A stretch of DNA of 63,596 nt, the filler included, from Octopus bimaculoides (lineage: Eukaryota): NCBI RefSeq assembly GCF_001194135.2. It is 9 parts of 8 records of this genome, joined end to end, with 100 filler letters (N's around TTAATTAATTAA, not from the genome) between each part and the next. Parts side by side here need not be neighbours in the genome. Positions count along the whole stretch, not along the records: positions 1 to 13,589 come from NC_068995.1; 8 more parts are not named here. One strand, written 5' to 3'. The notes beneath the pieces are model-generated. The model searched no databases and was not told where the DNA came from. It saw only the letters and a list, made by a program, of their open reading frames with translations. How positions within the stretch are numbered: position 1 is the stretch's first letter; each line of letters starts with the position of its first letter. Positions 1-11,580 of this stretch are shown here, one piece after another. Made by a program: the position numbers and the translations under genes.

Positions 1-50
1 CCACACAGCCACTCCTCCTATATATAGTGAGAATTTATGCGTGCGTGTAT

Positions 51-94
<44 letters not shown>

Positions 95-745
95 GCAAGT
101 TTCAGAGAAGAACGCAAGTCCCGTGGCCTTTGTAGACCCTGCCAGACTCATGCGATTGATGGCGTTAACATTTCTTTTTAAACTGTTGAATACAGCAAGT
201 TGAATGGGAAGAGTAAAGGTGCGTGAGTGGAGGTGGCGGGAAATCATGTCGCCTCAAGGAGCAGAAGCCATTGTCATAGTGGTAGAAGAGGAAGAGAGAG
301 GACACAGCAGTTTTCCAGAAACTTACTGTGTGTGTGTGTGTGTGTGTGTGTTTGTATTTGACATTGATTTTGACATCAATTAGTCATCTGGTCTAATTTT
401 TGGATGTGCTTTTTATGATGTTTATTAATAGGCAACATAGAGCTAAATGTAGGAGCACATGATATAAGAGCAATACTCTGTTATGGGATAAACACACAGC
501 TTTGTAGAAGTTGTGCTTGTTGAGCTGTGAAATATCTATTGGCTCGGAAAAACGGGACCAGACTTTGCAATATGGTTGAAGCTTTACTTACAAGATATGA
601 GCAGTACTGTTTTTTCTCATAAAAGCAATGAGATTGTAGTCACCTCATAAACACCTCCAATGAGGTCATTACAATCTCGTTGTATCAAGAAAAGCTCATC
701 GTCCATCATCCCCAACGAACATGAGCAGCATGCTGTCAGAGCCTT
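95..745 (-). mobile_element. Decayed CR1/L2-group LINE, RT C-terminal region, interrupted by a (GT)n tract
   Basis: Minus-strand frames give SKASTILQSLVPFFRANRYFTAQQ, FYKAV, TEYCSYI, AVSSLFLFYHYDNGFCS and FKRNVN-like pieces, in the order expected for the LINE RT tail, with stops and frameshifts. Confidence 0.6.
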
Positions 746-812
746 CAAGATCAACCTCCCTTCTCCATGTGTGTGCCTTTCTGCCTGCCTATATGCTTGG
801 CTGTCTATGTTT

Positions 813-1047
813 CTTATGTCTTTATTGCCCGCAAGGGGATAAACATAGAGGGGACAAACAAGGACAGACAAAGGGATTAAGTCGATTACATCGATCCCAA
901 TGCGCAAATGGTACTTAATTTATCGACCCCGAAAGGATGAAAGGCAAACTCGACCTTGGCGGAACTTGAACTCTGAACACAGCGGCAGACGAAATACCGC
1001 TAAGCATTTCGCCCGGTGTGCTAACGCTTCTGCCAGCTTGTCGTCTT
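813..1047 (-). mobile_element. SINE family A (tRNA-like head GGCGGCGAGCTGGCAGAA..., core GCCTTTCATCCTTTCGGGGTCGATAAA), 120 bp upstream of the SCAPER exon
   Basis: Reverse complement aligns end to end with the copies at 23791-24024 and 26506-26722; A-box-like TGGCAGAA and B-box-like GAGTTCAA. Confidence 0.85.
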
Positions 1048-1167
1048 TTCTATTGGTCTAACCCCGCTCTCTTTCTCTTTCTCTTTCTACATATCTATCT
1101 TTCTAACTACCTCCATGCAGTCCTTTTTCTAAACTGTAAATGTAACCTGGTTTTCTTTTACTTTCAG

Positions 1168-1359
1168 AACATTGTCCAATCTGGCCAGTCTCCGACCATT
1201 CTACAGCAGCTGTGCTCCTTACCATTCCAGTATTTCAGCGACCCCCGACTTACCAATATCTTGTTCCCAACCCTGATCGCTATTTGCTATAACAACCCAT
1301 CCAACAAGGAAATTTTGGAGCAGGAGTTGAGCTGTGTTCTTCTCGCCAACTTCATCGAG
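1168..1359 (+). CDS. SCAPER: Internal (penultimate-type) coding exon of S-phase cyclin A-associated protein in the ER: NIVQSGQSPTILQQLCSLPFQYFSDPRLTNILFPTLIAICYNNPSNKEILEQELSCVLLANFIE
   Basis: Acceptor ttttcttttactttcag at 1151-1167, donor GAG|gttagt at 1360, 192 nt, phase 0/0, no stops. The translation matches the SCAPER C-terminal block as I recall it (IVQSG..PT.LQ.LC.LPFQYFSDPRL...LFP.LIA.CYNN..NK.ILEQE.SCVLLA.FI). Flanking exons were not found. Confidence 0.92.
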
Positions 1360-2189
1360 GTTAGTCATCAATGTTTCTTCATGGTTTTTAACTTGTCTGT
1401 ACATGTATGTCGAATGTGTCTATATATACAATGTGTTTTTGTGTAGGGATGTTGGGACAACTATACGTCTGTTGTTTATGATAATAATGTTTAGGACATC
1501 ACGTAGAAGAAGATGCATCACAGTCATCTGGTGTGGCCGATCAGGGCCAATGCCTGCTTGGAAGGTTCTGCTGCTGAAGGTTGGGCCCTGGTATTCTGCT
1601 GGGGATGAAGGCAAGGAGTTGGCTTTGAACTTGTGTACCTCACGTCTTCATTGTGCCCCTGTGATCCTTTTCTGTTGTTTATACATAGGTGAACTAGTGT
1701 GATGGTTCACTTTGATACAGAGCAATGTATTTGTATGGTGAGGGCTCTCTAATTGATTGGAAAGACCCTGGTCTATGATTGGTATTTACATTATCTGCCA
1801 GAAGAAAGAATGAAAGGCTAAGTCGATCTGGTCAGTGTTTGAACTCAGACCGTGCGGGAACAAAAGAAAATGACTTTAATTTACCAACTGTTCTCTGTCC
1901 ACCGGTCAGTCAGTCAATCTTTACAAAAAGAGACAACTGAGAAAAGGGGGGGGGGGAGAAACCGCATCATCTTGATATCAATACAAATGACTTGCGCAAA
2001 CCTCTACATGTTCAATCGATCTACTAGAAATAGCAGCCAAATCTTGAGCTACACTTTGTCTCGTTTTGCAAAAAAGGAAGGACACATTTGTCATTGGCTC
2101 TCAACAGTCTTTGCTGAAACTCATTCTTTCTATCTTCTAAAAATCATGGAAGTCCTCCAACACCTTATTGCTGTAAAATCCTCAAGGTA

Positions 2190-2500
2190 GCATTACAACT
2201 CACTTTAAAAAATCTTGCATTTGGCGGGAGGTAGAAACGCAGAGCTGCTGAGGCAGGGTTCAAACTAGGTCTGGTCTAAGAGGAGAATGGAAGTGAATTC
2301 CAGATCGCATTATTTACGTTTACAGTCAACTGGTGCCTTAAACTGGACTGGTTACAACTCACAAGGTAGTTTGGCTTTGGGGTACCATGACCATCCAGGG
2401 GAGTTGCAATGCACACAGTAACACAGTAGCATAGTGTAGCAACAGAGGGGCATCTAAGGGTCATGACCTGGATGTGACCCTGGCCACCTTAGTGTTAGGA
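2190..2500 (-). mobile_element. Possible very decayed LINE 3' end
   Basis: Minus-strand SVATLCY and AIWNSLP resemble the VASL.LFY and LWNSLP motifs of CR1/L2-type RT tails; weak. Confidence 0.3.
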
Positions 2501-4403
2501 GTTAAGGGCCAAAACAGTTGCAATGAGTGAAGTGGGTGGTGGTGGTGGGAGTCCTTTTCTGAACACCTGTAGATCAGTTCTCCCTTGAGTTTCTTACAGT
2601 TACTGAAGTAATAGATACGTTATCTTAAAAGAAAAAAGCAAGATGGCCACTATTGGAATTCTTTTGATCTTAGATTTATTTTTGATCATCACCGAGTTGG
2701 TGCTAAACAGCCACAAAAGACAACTGAAAACATCTGCTGCGATTCTCACTTTTGGTCTCCTACGGTCGAATAAATTCATTGTCTCTACACCAATATTTTA
2801 ATTTATTTATCCAATAACAAAAAATGTTTAACCATCAAAACACAAAACTGTATTTTTGATTTCCTTCAATAATAGTCTTCGATTTCGTGCGTTTTTAATG
2901 AAACGACTTTTCGGAATTTTCTTGTTCTTCAAATAATTAAACGTTTTACCATGTCACCCAACTGATCTCTCTCTCTCTCTCTTCATCGTTTCACCTCATA
3001 TTTATCATTCCTCCTACTCTTCCTCTCATTATCCTCTTTCTTATCTGCCCTTATTCTTCTTCCTTCACAATTTCATTGTCCTTTTCCTTATACCTATCCT
3101 TTCTTCACATCTGCTTTTACAGTCATTCTTTCATCTCTTTGCTATTGTTCCTTCACATTTTTTACTATCCCTCCTTCGTCTTTATTGTTCTTCCTTCAGG
3201 TCCTTATACTGTCATGCCTTCATGTCTTTACTGCCCTTCAACCTGCCTTTCGTTTATCGCTCATTCATTTCTTTAACTTTGCATCACCATCAAACCCTCC
3301 ATCAATTCTTCTGTTTCTCGTTCTTCCCGTTTGTTATTTCCTCTGTGTCAGTGTTTTATACAAGCAACACAACAACAGCAATAAAAAACATGAGAACAGA
3401 AAAAAAAATTGCAACGTTATTTATGAACAACCATACATATCCACTGTGTGTGTGTGCTGCATATTTAAACGAGATGTACTGGGCCTAATTGTTAAACACC
3501 GTCTAAGTAGGTGGAGGATGCGGTTCCAAGGTACTTGGAGCTGTCACAAAAATTTTTTTCAAGTTTTAAAATGTGAGGTCTGGGGGGGAAACAGGAACTA
3601 ACCCCTTGTTCTATAGAATCTCTACCTCTCTCTGTTGCTCTCCACCTCTCTCTCTCACTCATTCTCAGCTAAGAATGTACCCACAATTCATTAAGTTCAT
3701 GTTGATATAAGTTTCTTGATTTACGTTATTTCTGAAACCTGATGTGTGCGCTGCTGCTGCTGTTGTTGTTGCGTCAGTGGAATCGGTGAAGGAAGTCCGA
3801 CATGTCATGAAATTCCTGTTTTGAATTGTTTTCGTTTTGTGGCACCAGACCAATCTCTCTCTCTCTCTCCACAGCTTTGGATTTTTGTACGAGAAATCAC
3901 TTCGATGTAATTTTGTATGGGGGGGTAAACTGATTTTCACTTGGATGAGGGCGGCTGGTTAAATATTTGCAGGTTTAAGAGTGGCTGGCTATCGCGCATG
4001 GAGCTCGGGTTTATCTTAGAACTGTGATCTAAAATGGTTGAGAGGCTGTTATTGACTTATAATNNNNNNNNNNNNNNNNNNNNNNNNNNNNNNNNNNNNN
4101 NNNNNNNNNNNNNNNNNNNNNNNNNNNNNNNNNNNNNNNNNNNNNNNNNNNNNNNNNNNNNNNNNNNNNNNNNNNNNNNNNNNNNNNNNNNNNNNNNNNN
4201 NNNNNNNNNNNNNNNNNNNNNNNNNNNNNNNNNNNNNNNNNNNNNNNNNNNNNNNNNNNNNNNNNNNNNNNNNNNNNNNNNNNNNNNNNNNNNNNNNNNN
4301 NNNNNNNNNNNNNNNNNNNNNNNNNNNNNNNNNNNNNNNNNNNNNNNNNNNNNNNNNNNNNNNNNNNNNNNNNNNNNNNNNNNNNNNNNNNNNNNNNNNN
4401 NNN

Positions 4404-4437
<34 letters not shown>

Positions 4438-4442
<5 letters not shown>

Positions 4443-4609
4443 TACGACAGGCTTCTTTCAGTTTCCGTCTACCAAATCCACTCACAGGGCTTTGGTCGGC
4501 CCGAGGTTATAGTAGAAGATACTTGCCCAAGGTGGTACGCAGTGGGACTGAACCCAGAACCATGTGGTTGGTAAGCAAGCTACTTACCACACTGCCACTC
4601 CTGCGCCTA
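4438..4609 (-). mobile_element. SINE family B, 5' half (head GGAGTGGC..TGGTAAGTAGCTTGCTTACCAACCACATGGTTC)
   Basis: Close match to 43430-43591 and 59543-59690; runs into (TA)n and a gap. Confidence 0.85.
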
Positions 4610-4760
4610 TCATGGTAACAATATTTTTAAGATGAGCCCAATTAAAAGAACCTAAACGAGTAGCTGGACCTGTTAGAAATAGCAGCCAACCTCCCACATA
4701 TCACTTTATACTGTCTTGAAAATGGACATATTTAACAATGGAACCCTAACAATATGTATC

Positions 4761-5080
4761 TTTTATCTTTTTTCTGTCATTAGACTGCGGCTATGTTGGT
4801 GCACCACTTTGATGAGCTTTTAGTCGAACGAATCGACCCTCTGTACTTGTTTTTCTAAAGTCTGGTACATATTCTATCGGTTTTTGTTGCCGAACCGCTA
4901 ATTTAGACGGACTTAGATACACCAATACCAGTTCTCAAGCGGTGACGCGAGACGCGCGCACAGCGAGCTTCTTTCAGTTTCTGTCCACCAAATCCGCTCT
5001 CAAGGCCTTGGTCGGCCCAAGGTACCACGCAGTGGGACTGAATCCATAACCATGTGGTTAGGAAGCAAACTTCTTACCAT
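4761..5080 (-). mobile_element. SINE family B copy lacking the central microsatellite, nested in another repeat
   Basis: Both halves of family B are present, separated only by gcgagacgcgcgcacagc. Confidence 0.75.
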
Positions 5081-5470
5081 AAAATAAAATTTTAAAATTG
5101 GATGGTCACGGCTGGAACGCCTTTGATCATGCGTCTGCTGGATCATTATTGATCTGAGGCTAAATAAAAACAATTAGGGGGCTTTAGTTTCCGGTAGCCA
5201 TCGTTGGGAAAGAAGAGCAAGAAAAATGAGATGGGACTATAAACTGACCGATTCCGTGTTAGGAAGCTTCTTTTGTACGAGAAAACAGGTGGCTTGTTTC
5301 ACTGATCGGTTGAAGGGTGAGCCTCAAGTGAAACGGGTGGGTGAAGAGGTGTCAGGTCTACCCCGAACAGAGTGGGAATGAGGTGGGGGTGAAGAGAGTG
5401 GGGTGGATGTAGAAAAATATCAACAAAATAAACATTGACTTAGGAAAATACTCCGAGGAAAAGATTAGGA

Positions 5471-5512
<42 letters not shown>

Positions 5513-6383
5513 NNNNNNNNNNNNNNNNNNNNNNNNNNNNNNNNNNNNNNNNNNNNNNNNNNNNNNNNNNNNNNNNNNNNNNNNNNNNNNNNNNNNNNNN
5601 NNNNNNNNNNNNNNNNNNNNNNNNNNNNNNNNNNNNNNNNNNNNNNNNNNNNNNNNNNNNNNNNNNNNNNNNNNNNNNNNNNNNNNNNNNNNNNNNNNNN
5701 NNNNNNNNNNNNNNNNNNNNNNNNNNNNNNNNNNNNNNNNNNNNNNNNNNNNNNNNNNNNNNNNNNNNNNNNNNNNNNNNNNNNNNNNNNNNNNNNNNNN
5801 NNNNNNNNNNNNNNNNNNNNNNNNNNNNNNNNNNNNNNNNNNNNNNNNNNNNNNNNNNNNNNNNNNNNNNNNNNNNNNNNNNNNNNNNNNNNNNNNNNNN
5901 NNNNNNNNNNNNNNNNNNNNNNNNNNNNNNNNNNNNNNNNNNNNNNNNNNNNNNNNNNNNNNNNNNNNNNNNNNNNNNNNNNNNNNNNNNNNNNNNNNNN
6001 NNNNNNNNNNNNNNNNNNNNNNNNNNNNNNNNNNNNNNNNNNNNNNNNNNNNNNNNNNNNNNNNNNNNNNNNNNNNNNNNNNNNNNNNNNNNNNNNNNNN
6101 NNNNNNNNNNNNNNNNNNNNNNNNNNNNNNNNNNNNNNNNNNNNNNNNNNNNNNNNNNNNNNNNNNNNNNNNNNNNNNNNNNNNNNNNNNNNNNNNNNNN
6201 NNNNNNNNNNNNNNNNNNNNNNNNNNNNNNNNNNNNNNNNNNNNNNNNNNNNNNNNNNNNNNNNNNNNNNNNNNNNNNNNNNNNNNNNNNNNNNNNNNNN
6301 NNNNNNNNNNNNNNNNNNNNNNNNNNNNNNNNNNNNNNNNNNNNNNNNNNNNNNNNNNNNNNNNNNNNNNNNNNNNNNNNNNN

Positions 6384-6427
<44 letters not shown>

Positions 6428-6552
6428 TTGTTTGGGCAGGTATTTGTACACACACACTTACACTCATATGCACGTATTGGATATACACACTGCACTAACG
6501 AAGTTGTAGCAACAACAAAACACATACACCACACAAACATCCTATACACACA

Positions 6553-6607
<55 letters not shown>

Positions 6608-6617
6608 NNNNNNNNNN

Positions 6618-6651
<34 letters not shown>

Positions 6652-7089
6652 CATAGAGACACGGGCATGCACATTTACACTGTGACATCACAATACGTAA
6701 ATGTTCTTGATCAGAGAGAGAGAGAGTGTGTGTGTGTGTGTGGTGGGGGGCTAGATGATAGAACGTTGTTTAGTTTCCCCAGTAACACTGTCCTACAACT
6801 TCCACCCTGTGTCCGTCCGGTCGCCTATCTGCTGCACAATACAGTCCAGTTCCAATACAACAGACTTGACCGCGCTCCTATTGCAGGTGTCCTTGTTTGT
6901 GCAGCCGCCTCTGTTCACACTGACGCTCGTCACCGATATTTTAATCTGATGTTTTTAGATAATCAATTACGTTCTTTCTCACACCTGCCACGCCCACCAC
7001 GCCCACTACCACCGTCACCTCCATTACCTGTAGCTGGTACATCTTGGTGTGTGTGTGTGTGTGTGTAATTCGTCTGTCTTTGTGTGTGT

Positions 7090-7750
7090 GTGTCTAATGA
7101 CTTGCATGTCCCAGTCTGAAGTTGAGCGCAAAATAGAAAACGGGTCCCCTCCCTTTGCTTTCGCCTTGAGAGCGTTGTCGCCGTCCTTTATGAATTTGAT
7201 ACCCTTTGGTAGTAATGGTGGTTGATGTTTATTAGCCTTCACCCTCTGCAGATCGGTGCACTCGGCAATTTCTGCAAGGATCTTGTCATATCTCCACTTG
7301 CATCGGCCTTTTCCCAGTGCCCTACGGTATCCGGTCAAAATGTGATTCAAGCTGTGCAAAGATAAGTCTTCTTACCCCTCCCCATATTTTAAGGTTATTT
7401 GGAGGTTGGAAAGAGATCAGCGACAGCGGTGAGGATAAAGTGCAACCCCCCTTGGCCAGTGCTCCAGAGTTCCTTCTAGGACAGTAGGCACTCAGGTGCC
7501 AGGTCTCATTGTATCCATTGCCCCTGGAGGTTAAGTACTACTACCTTCACTCGGGGTTCCTCTGTTAAATCACGGAACCATTTCGCTATGCGCCCTGTCT
7601 TCTTCCTGGTGTTTTCTCACCTGTTGGTGCTGTAATTGCCAGATACTCCCCGTCCATGACAGACTACTCCAACAATCACCTCTTCCCGTAATCTCCTACA
7701 CTTCATGGTCTTGTTGACGTGCCCTAACTCTTTAGTCTTCAGATGGAAGC
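7090..7750 (-). mobile_element. HERO-like (R2-group, restriction-like endonuclease) non-LTR retrotransposon relic, post-RT and zinc-knuckle region
   Basis: Minus strand: IVGVVCHGRGVSG...LQGQWIQ*...ELWSTGQGGLHFILTAVADLFPT..., SLNHILTGYRRALGKGRCKWRYDKIL, IKFIKDG, ILRSTSDWDMQV, collinear with my recollection of the HERO consensus (QG.W..W; F....V.D.LP; L.HIL..C..AL..GRY.WRHD; FV..G; DW.M.VD). Confidence 0.75.
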
Positions 7751-7785
7751 AATGTACTGATTGCTCTTGCCTTTGTGGCTTTCAA

Positions 7786-7816
<31 letters not shown>

Positions 7817-7905
7817 GCACGCAAACACACACACGCACACGCACNNNNNNNNNNNNNNNNNNNNNNNNNNNNNNNNNNNNNNNNNNNNNNNNNNNNNNNN
7901 NNNNN

Positions 7906-7936
<31 letters not shown>

Positions 7937-8299
7937 TATTAGGTATTTTGAAGGAAGAGCAAGAAAAAAAATTAACGCGGATTCTCCAAATCTAGTCTAT
8001 TAGCGGCACATTGAAAATTTATAAGACATTCCAAAGATTCTCCATCTGAGATTCTTTAGATGAATAGGTGCACACACTTCGGTGTATGCATCGACAGCTC
8101 AATCAACACACCAACTCAACCACATATTTACAAACACCTAGAACTCTTTTAACTCAGAATGTCTTATCGCTTTGTGAGCGACCGGCTTGAACTATTTTAG
8201 GAAGAACTTAAATAAAACTCAAAGGTAAAAATATACGTACATATGTTTCAGTACGACGCGCCAGTCGACAGTTGCGCAGTAATAAGAAACTGGGATGGT

Positions 8300-9430
8300 A
8301 ATGGAATAAACTATTATGTTATGGATTTCATTAGCTTATAGCTGTTTCTGCTATAAGGTGAAATGCTTTCATAGTTGAGTGCTTGAGTGTCACCCTGTAG
8401 CTTCATTTATACCTTTTAACCATTAGAGAGGATTTTTTCTTCACGGTAACTGCAGCGCATTTGCCTTTAGAGTTTGAAATATGCCACAAGCATATTTTAA
8501 ATAACAAATTTCGCATATATAAAAAATTGGGGTGACAAAGGAATAAACAATTATGTTATGGATTTCATTAACTTACAGCGGTTTCTGCTATCATATGCAA
8601 TGCATTTATACTTGAGTGCTTCATTTGAGCTCCAAACACGAATTGCCTTCATATTTGAAGTTCCAATGAAACTATAGGCTGATGCTCAAGCACTCAAGTA
8701 TAAGTGCAGAGACAGCTGTAAGTTAATGCAATCCATAACATAATTGTTTATTGCTTTGGCACATATATATTTCTTATATATGCAGACTTTGTTATTTAAA
8801 ATATGTTTGAGGCATATTTCAAACTCTAATGGCAAATGTACTGCAGTTACCGTGAAGAAAAATTTTCTCTAATGGTAAAAAGGTATAAAAACATCATATT
8901 TGTCCATTACTGCGCCCTTCAGGTTTCTAGACGCTGCGTTTCTAGCTTTTTAGCTGATGTCCCACTGTTTTTACACCTTTTTACCATAAGAAAGTATTTT
9001 TTCCCCTCCACGGTAATTGCAGTGAATTCGCCTCTAGAAGTTGAAACATGTCACAAACATATTTTAACTAACCTAAAGTTTGTTTATGCCTAAAACTTGG
9101 CTTGGCATTAATGCTATTGGATTTCTCCTGGCCTGATGAATCCAATAATGCATTTCAGTCTATGTTGTTGACTGTGTTTTAAAGCTACGGCTTTGAATCT
9201 GTCCAGAGTTACCTCTCTTCGGTATTTCCCCATTGATAACGGCTAAAGAGCTAGAAACGCTGCGTCTGAGAATCAGATAGACGGCAACACTGGGCAGATA
9301 TGGTGTTTTTACGCCTTTTACTATAAGTAAGTATTTTTTTCCTCCACAGTAACTGCAGTGAGTTTGCCTCTAGAAGTTGAAATATGTCACAAACATATTT
9401 TAACTAACCTAAAGTCTGCTTATGTCTAAA
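8300..9430. repeat. Modular direct plus inverted repeat (foldback) element
   Basis: Module A at about 8303-8387, 8540-8630 and inverted 8684-8757; module B at about 8406-8515, inverted 8780-8889, 8968-9095 and 9304-9430. Confidence 0.8.
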
Positions 9431-9637
9431 CACTACTTGGCGCTGATACCGACGAATAGAAAGAGAGAGAGAGAGAAAGAAAGAGAGGCAGTAGTATTCA
9501 GTAATGCCCCGGTTTATAGTTAGTAATCACATTTGAGGGAGGCTGTGCTTTTATTTCCATATGTCCTACCGATCACACATTGATCGGCTGCTATATAGCG
9601 TTATGTAATTTACTGTAGTGAGGTATGTGTGTGTGTA

Positions 9638-9670
<33 letters not shown>

Positions 9671-10305
9671 NNNNNNNNNNNNNNNNNNNNNNNNNNNNNN
9701 NNNNNNNNNNNNNNNNNNNNNNNNNNNNNNNNNNNNNNNNNNNNNNNNNNNNNNTGTGTGTATGTATTGCACTATTGAGGTTGTATGATGTAGCTTTGGC
9801 TATTTATTGGCAGGCACCTACTTCGTGGTTGAGAGGCGGGGATGGGGGTGGGGTGGATTTCTGATTGTCATTTTATTACATTCACTTTTCTCCTTACACT
9901 CTCTGCGGTTTCTTCTCTCTCTCTCTCTCTCCATCCTTTCCACCCCCTCTCTCTCGTTCACTCTGTTTTTAACTGTTCCTATATGTACACAGGAGTGCAG
10001 AGAGAGAGAGTGAGAGAGACGCACACGCACACACATATGCACAAATGTGTGTTTAAATATTTACACCTTCATCTATCTATTGCTCATATCATGTGTCCTT
10101 ATGTATGCAAACATAAAATGTAGTAAATGCAGACATAGAATATGGGGCCCCACGCACACGCACACACATCTATAAGCACACGCACCCACATCTATAAGCA
10201 CACGTTTACATTCAGGTATTTAGTAATTCGCAGCACACGCTCTCACACATACTCACGCATTGCATATAGGCACGCATATACTTTGAACATATGCATGGGC
10301 ACGAG

Positions 10306-10341
<36 letters not shown>

Positions 10342-11365
10342 CTATATATGTATGTATATATATATGTATGTACGCACTCTCCTATATACGCTAGCTTGCA
10401 TACTTTCAGCCATTGTTAATATTTTACGCTGAGTGAATAAACGAGAGATTGCTGCTAAATGGGGTTGTGTTGATTTTTAAGTGAATGGGTTTTGTGTGAC
10501 ATCTCTTCCATCCCTACCCCCCTCCACCCTACAAACCCCCACCAGACGTCTCCCCCCACTCCCCCCTTATGTCTACTTGTCACATAATGCTTTAGATCNN
10601 NNNNNNNNNNNNNNNNNNNNNNNNNNNNNNNNNNNNNNNNNNNNNNNNNNNNNNNNNNNNNNNNNNNNNNNNNNNNNNNNNNNNNNNNNNNNNNNNNNNN
10701 NNNNNNNNNNNNNNNNNNNNNNNNNNNNNNNNNNNNNNNNNNNNNNNNNNNNNNNNNNNNNNNNNNNNNNNNNNNNNNNNNNNNNNNNNNNNNNNNNNNN
10801 NNNNNNNNNNNNNNNNNNNNNNNNNNNNNNNNNNNNNNNNNNNNNNNNNNNNNNNNNNNNNNNNNNNNNNNNNNNNNNNNNNNNNNNNNNNNNNNNNNNN
10901 NNNNNNNNNNNNNNNNNNNNNNNNNNNNNNNNNNNNNNNNNNNNNNNNNNNNNNNNNNNNNNNNNNNNNNNNNNNNNNNNNNNNNNNNNNNNNNNNNNNN
11001 NNNNNNNNNNNNNNNNNNNNNNNNNNNNNNNNNNNNNNNNNNNNNNNNNNNNNNNNNNNNNNNNNNNNNNNNNNNNNNNNNNNNNNNNNNNNNNNNNNNN
11101 NNNNNNNNNNNNNNNNNNNNNNNNNNNNNNNNNNNNNNNNNNNNNNNNNNNNNNNNNNNNNNNNNNNNNNNTAGGAAGGTATTGATGAAGATATTGGTAA
11201 CTGGTTGGAAATATATTGATGAAATATTGGCAATATATTGGGCAAAGTATTGAAGAAATATTGATGAGGTATCGAAGAGATATTAGTGAAGTGTTGGAAA
11301 TTTCTTAAGACAGTATGGAACATTTGTTAGTGAGGAAAGACATTGATGAGGTGTTGATGAAAGAC

Positions 11366-11580
11366 TAATTTCAAATTTTGGCACAAGGCCAGCAATTCCG
11401 GGATAGGGGCAAGTCGATTATATCAATACCAGTGCGCAACTGGTACTTATTTTCTTGACTCCGAAAGGGTGAAAGGCAAAGTCGGCCTGGTCGGAATTTG
11501 AACTCGGAACGTAAAGACGAAGCAAATGCCGCTAAGCATTGCACCAGGCGTGCTAACGATTCTGTCAGCTTGCTTCCTTA
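11366..11580 (-). mobile_element. SINE family A
   Basis: Head, core and ...GCCAAAATTTGAAA tail on the minus strand. Confidence 0.8.

Noticed and set aside
3362-3601. Candidate SCAPER last exon ending RMRFQGTWSCHKNFF
   Set aside because: The RF..W.....FF spacing is one residue off, the Pro is missing, the frame crosses a (GT)n tract and the rest shows no similarity.
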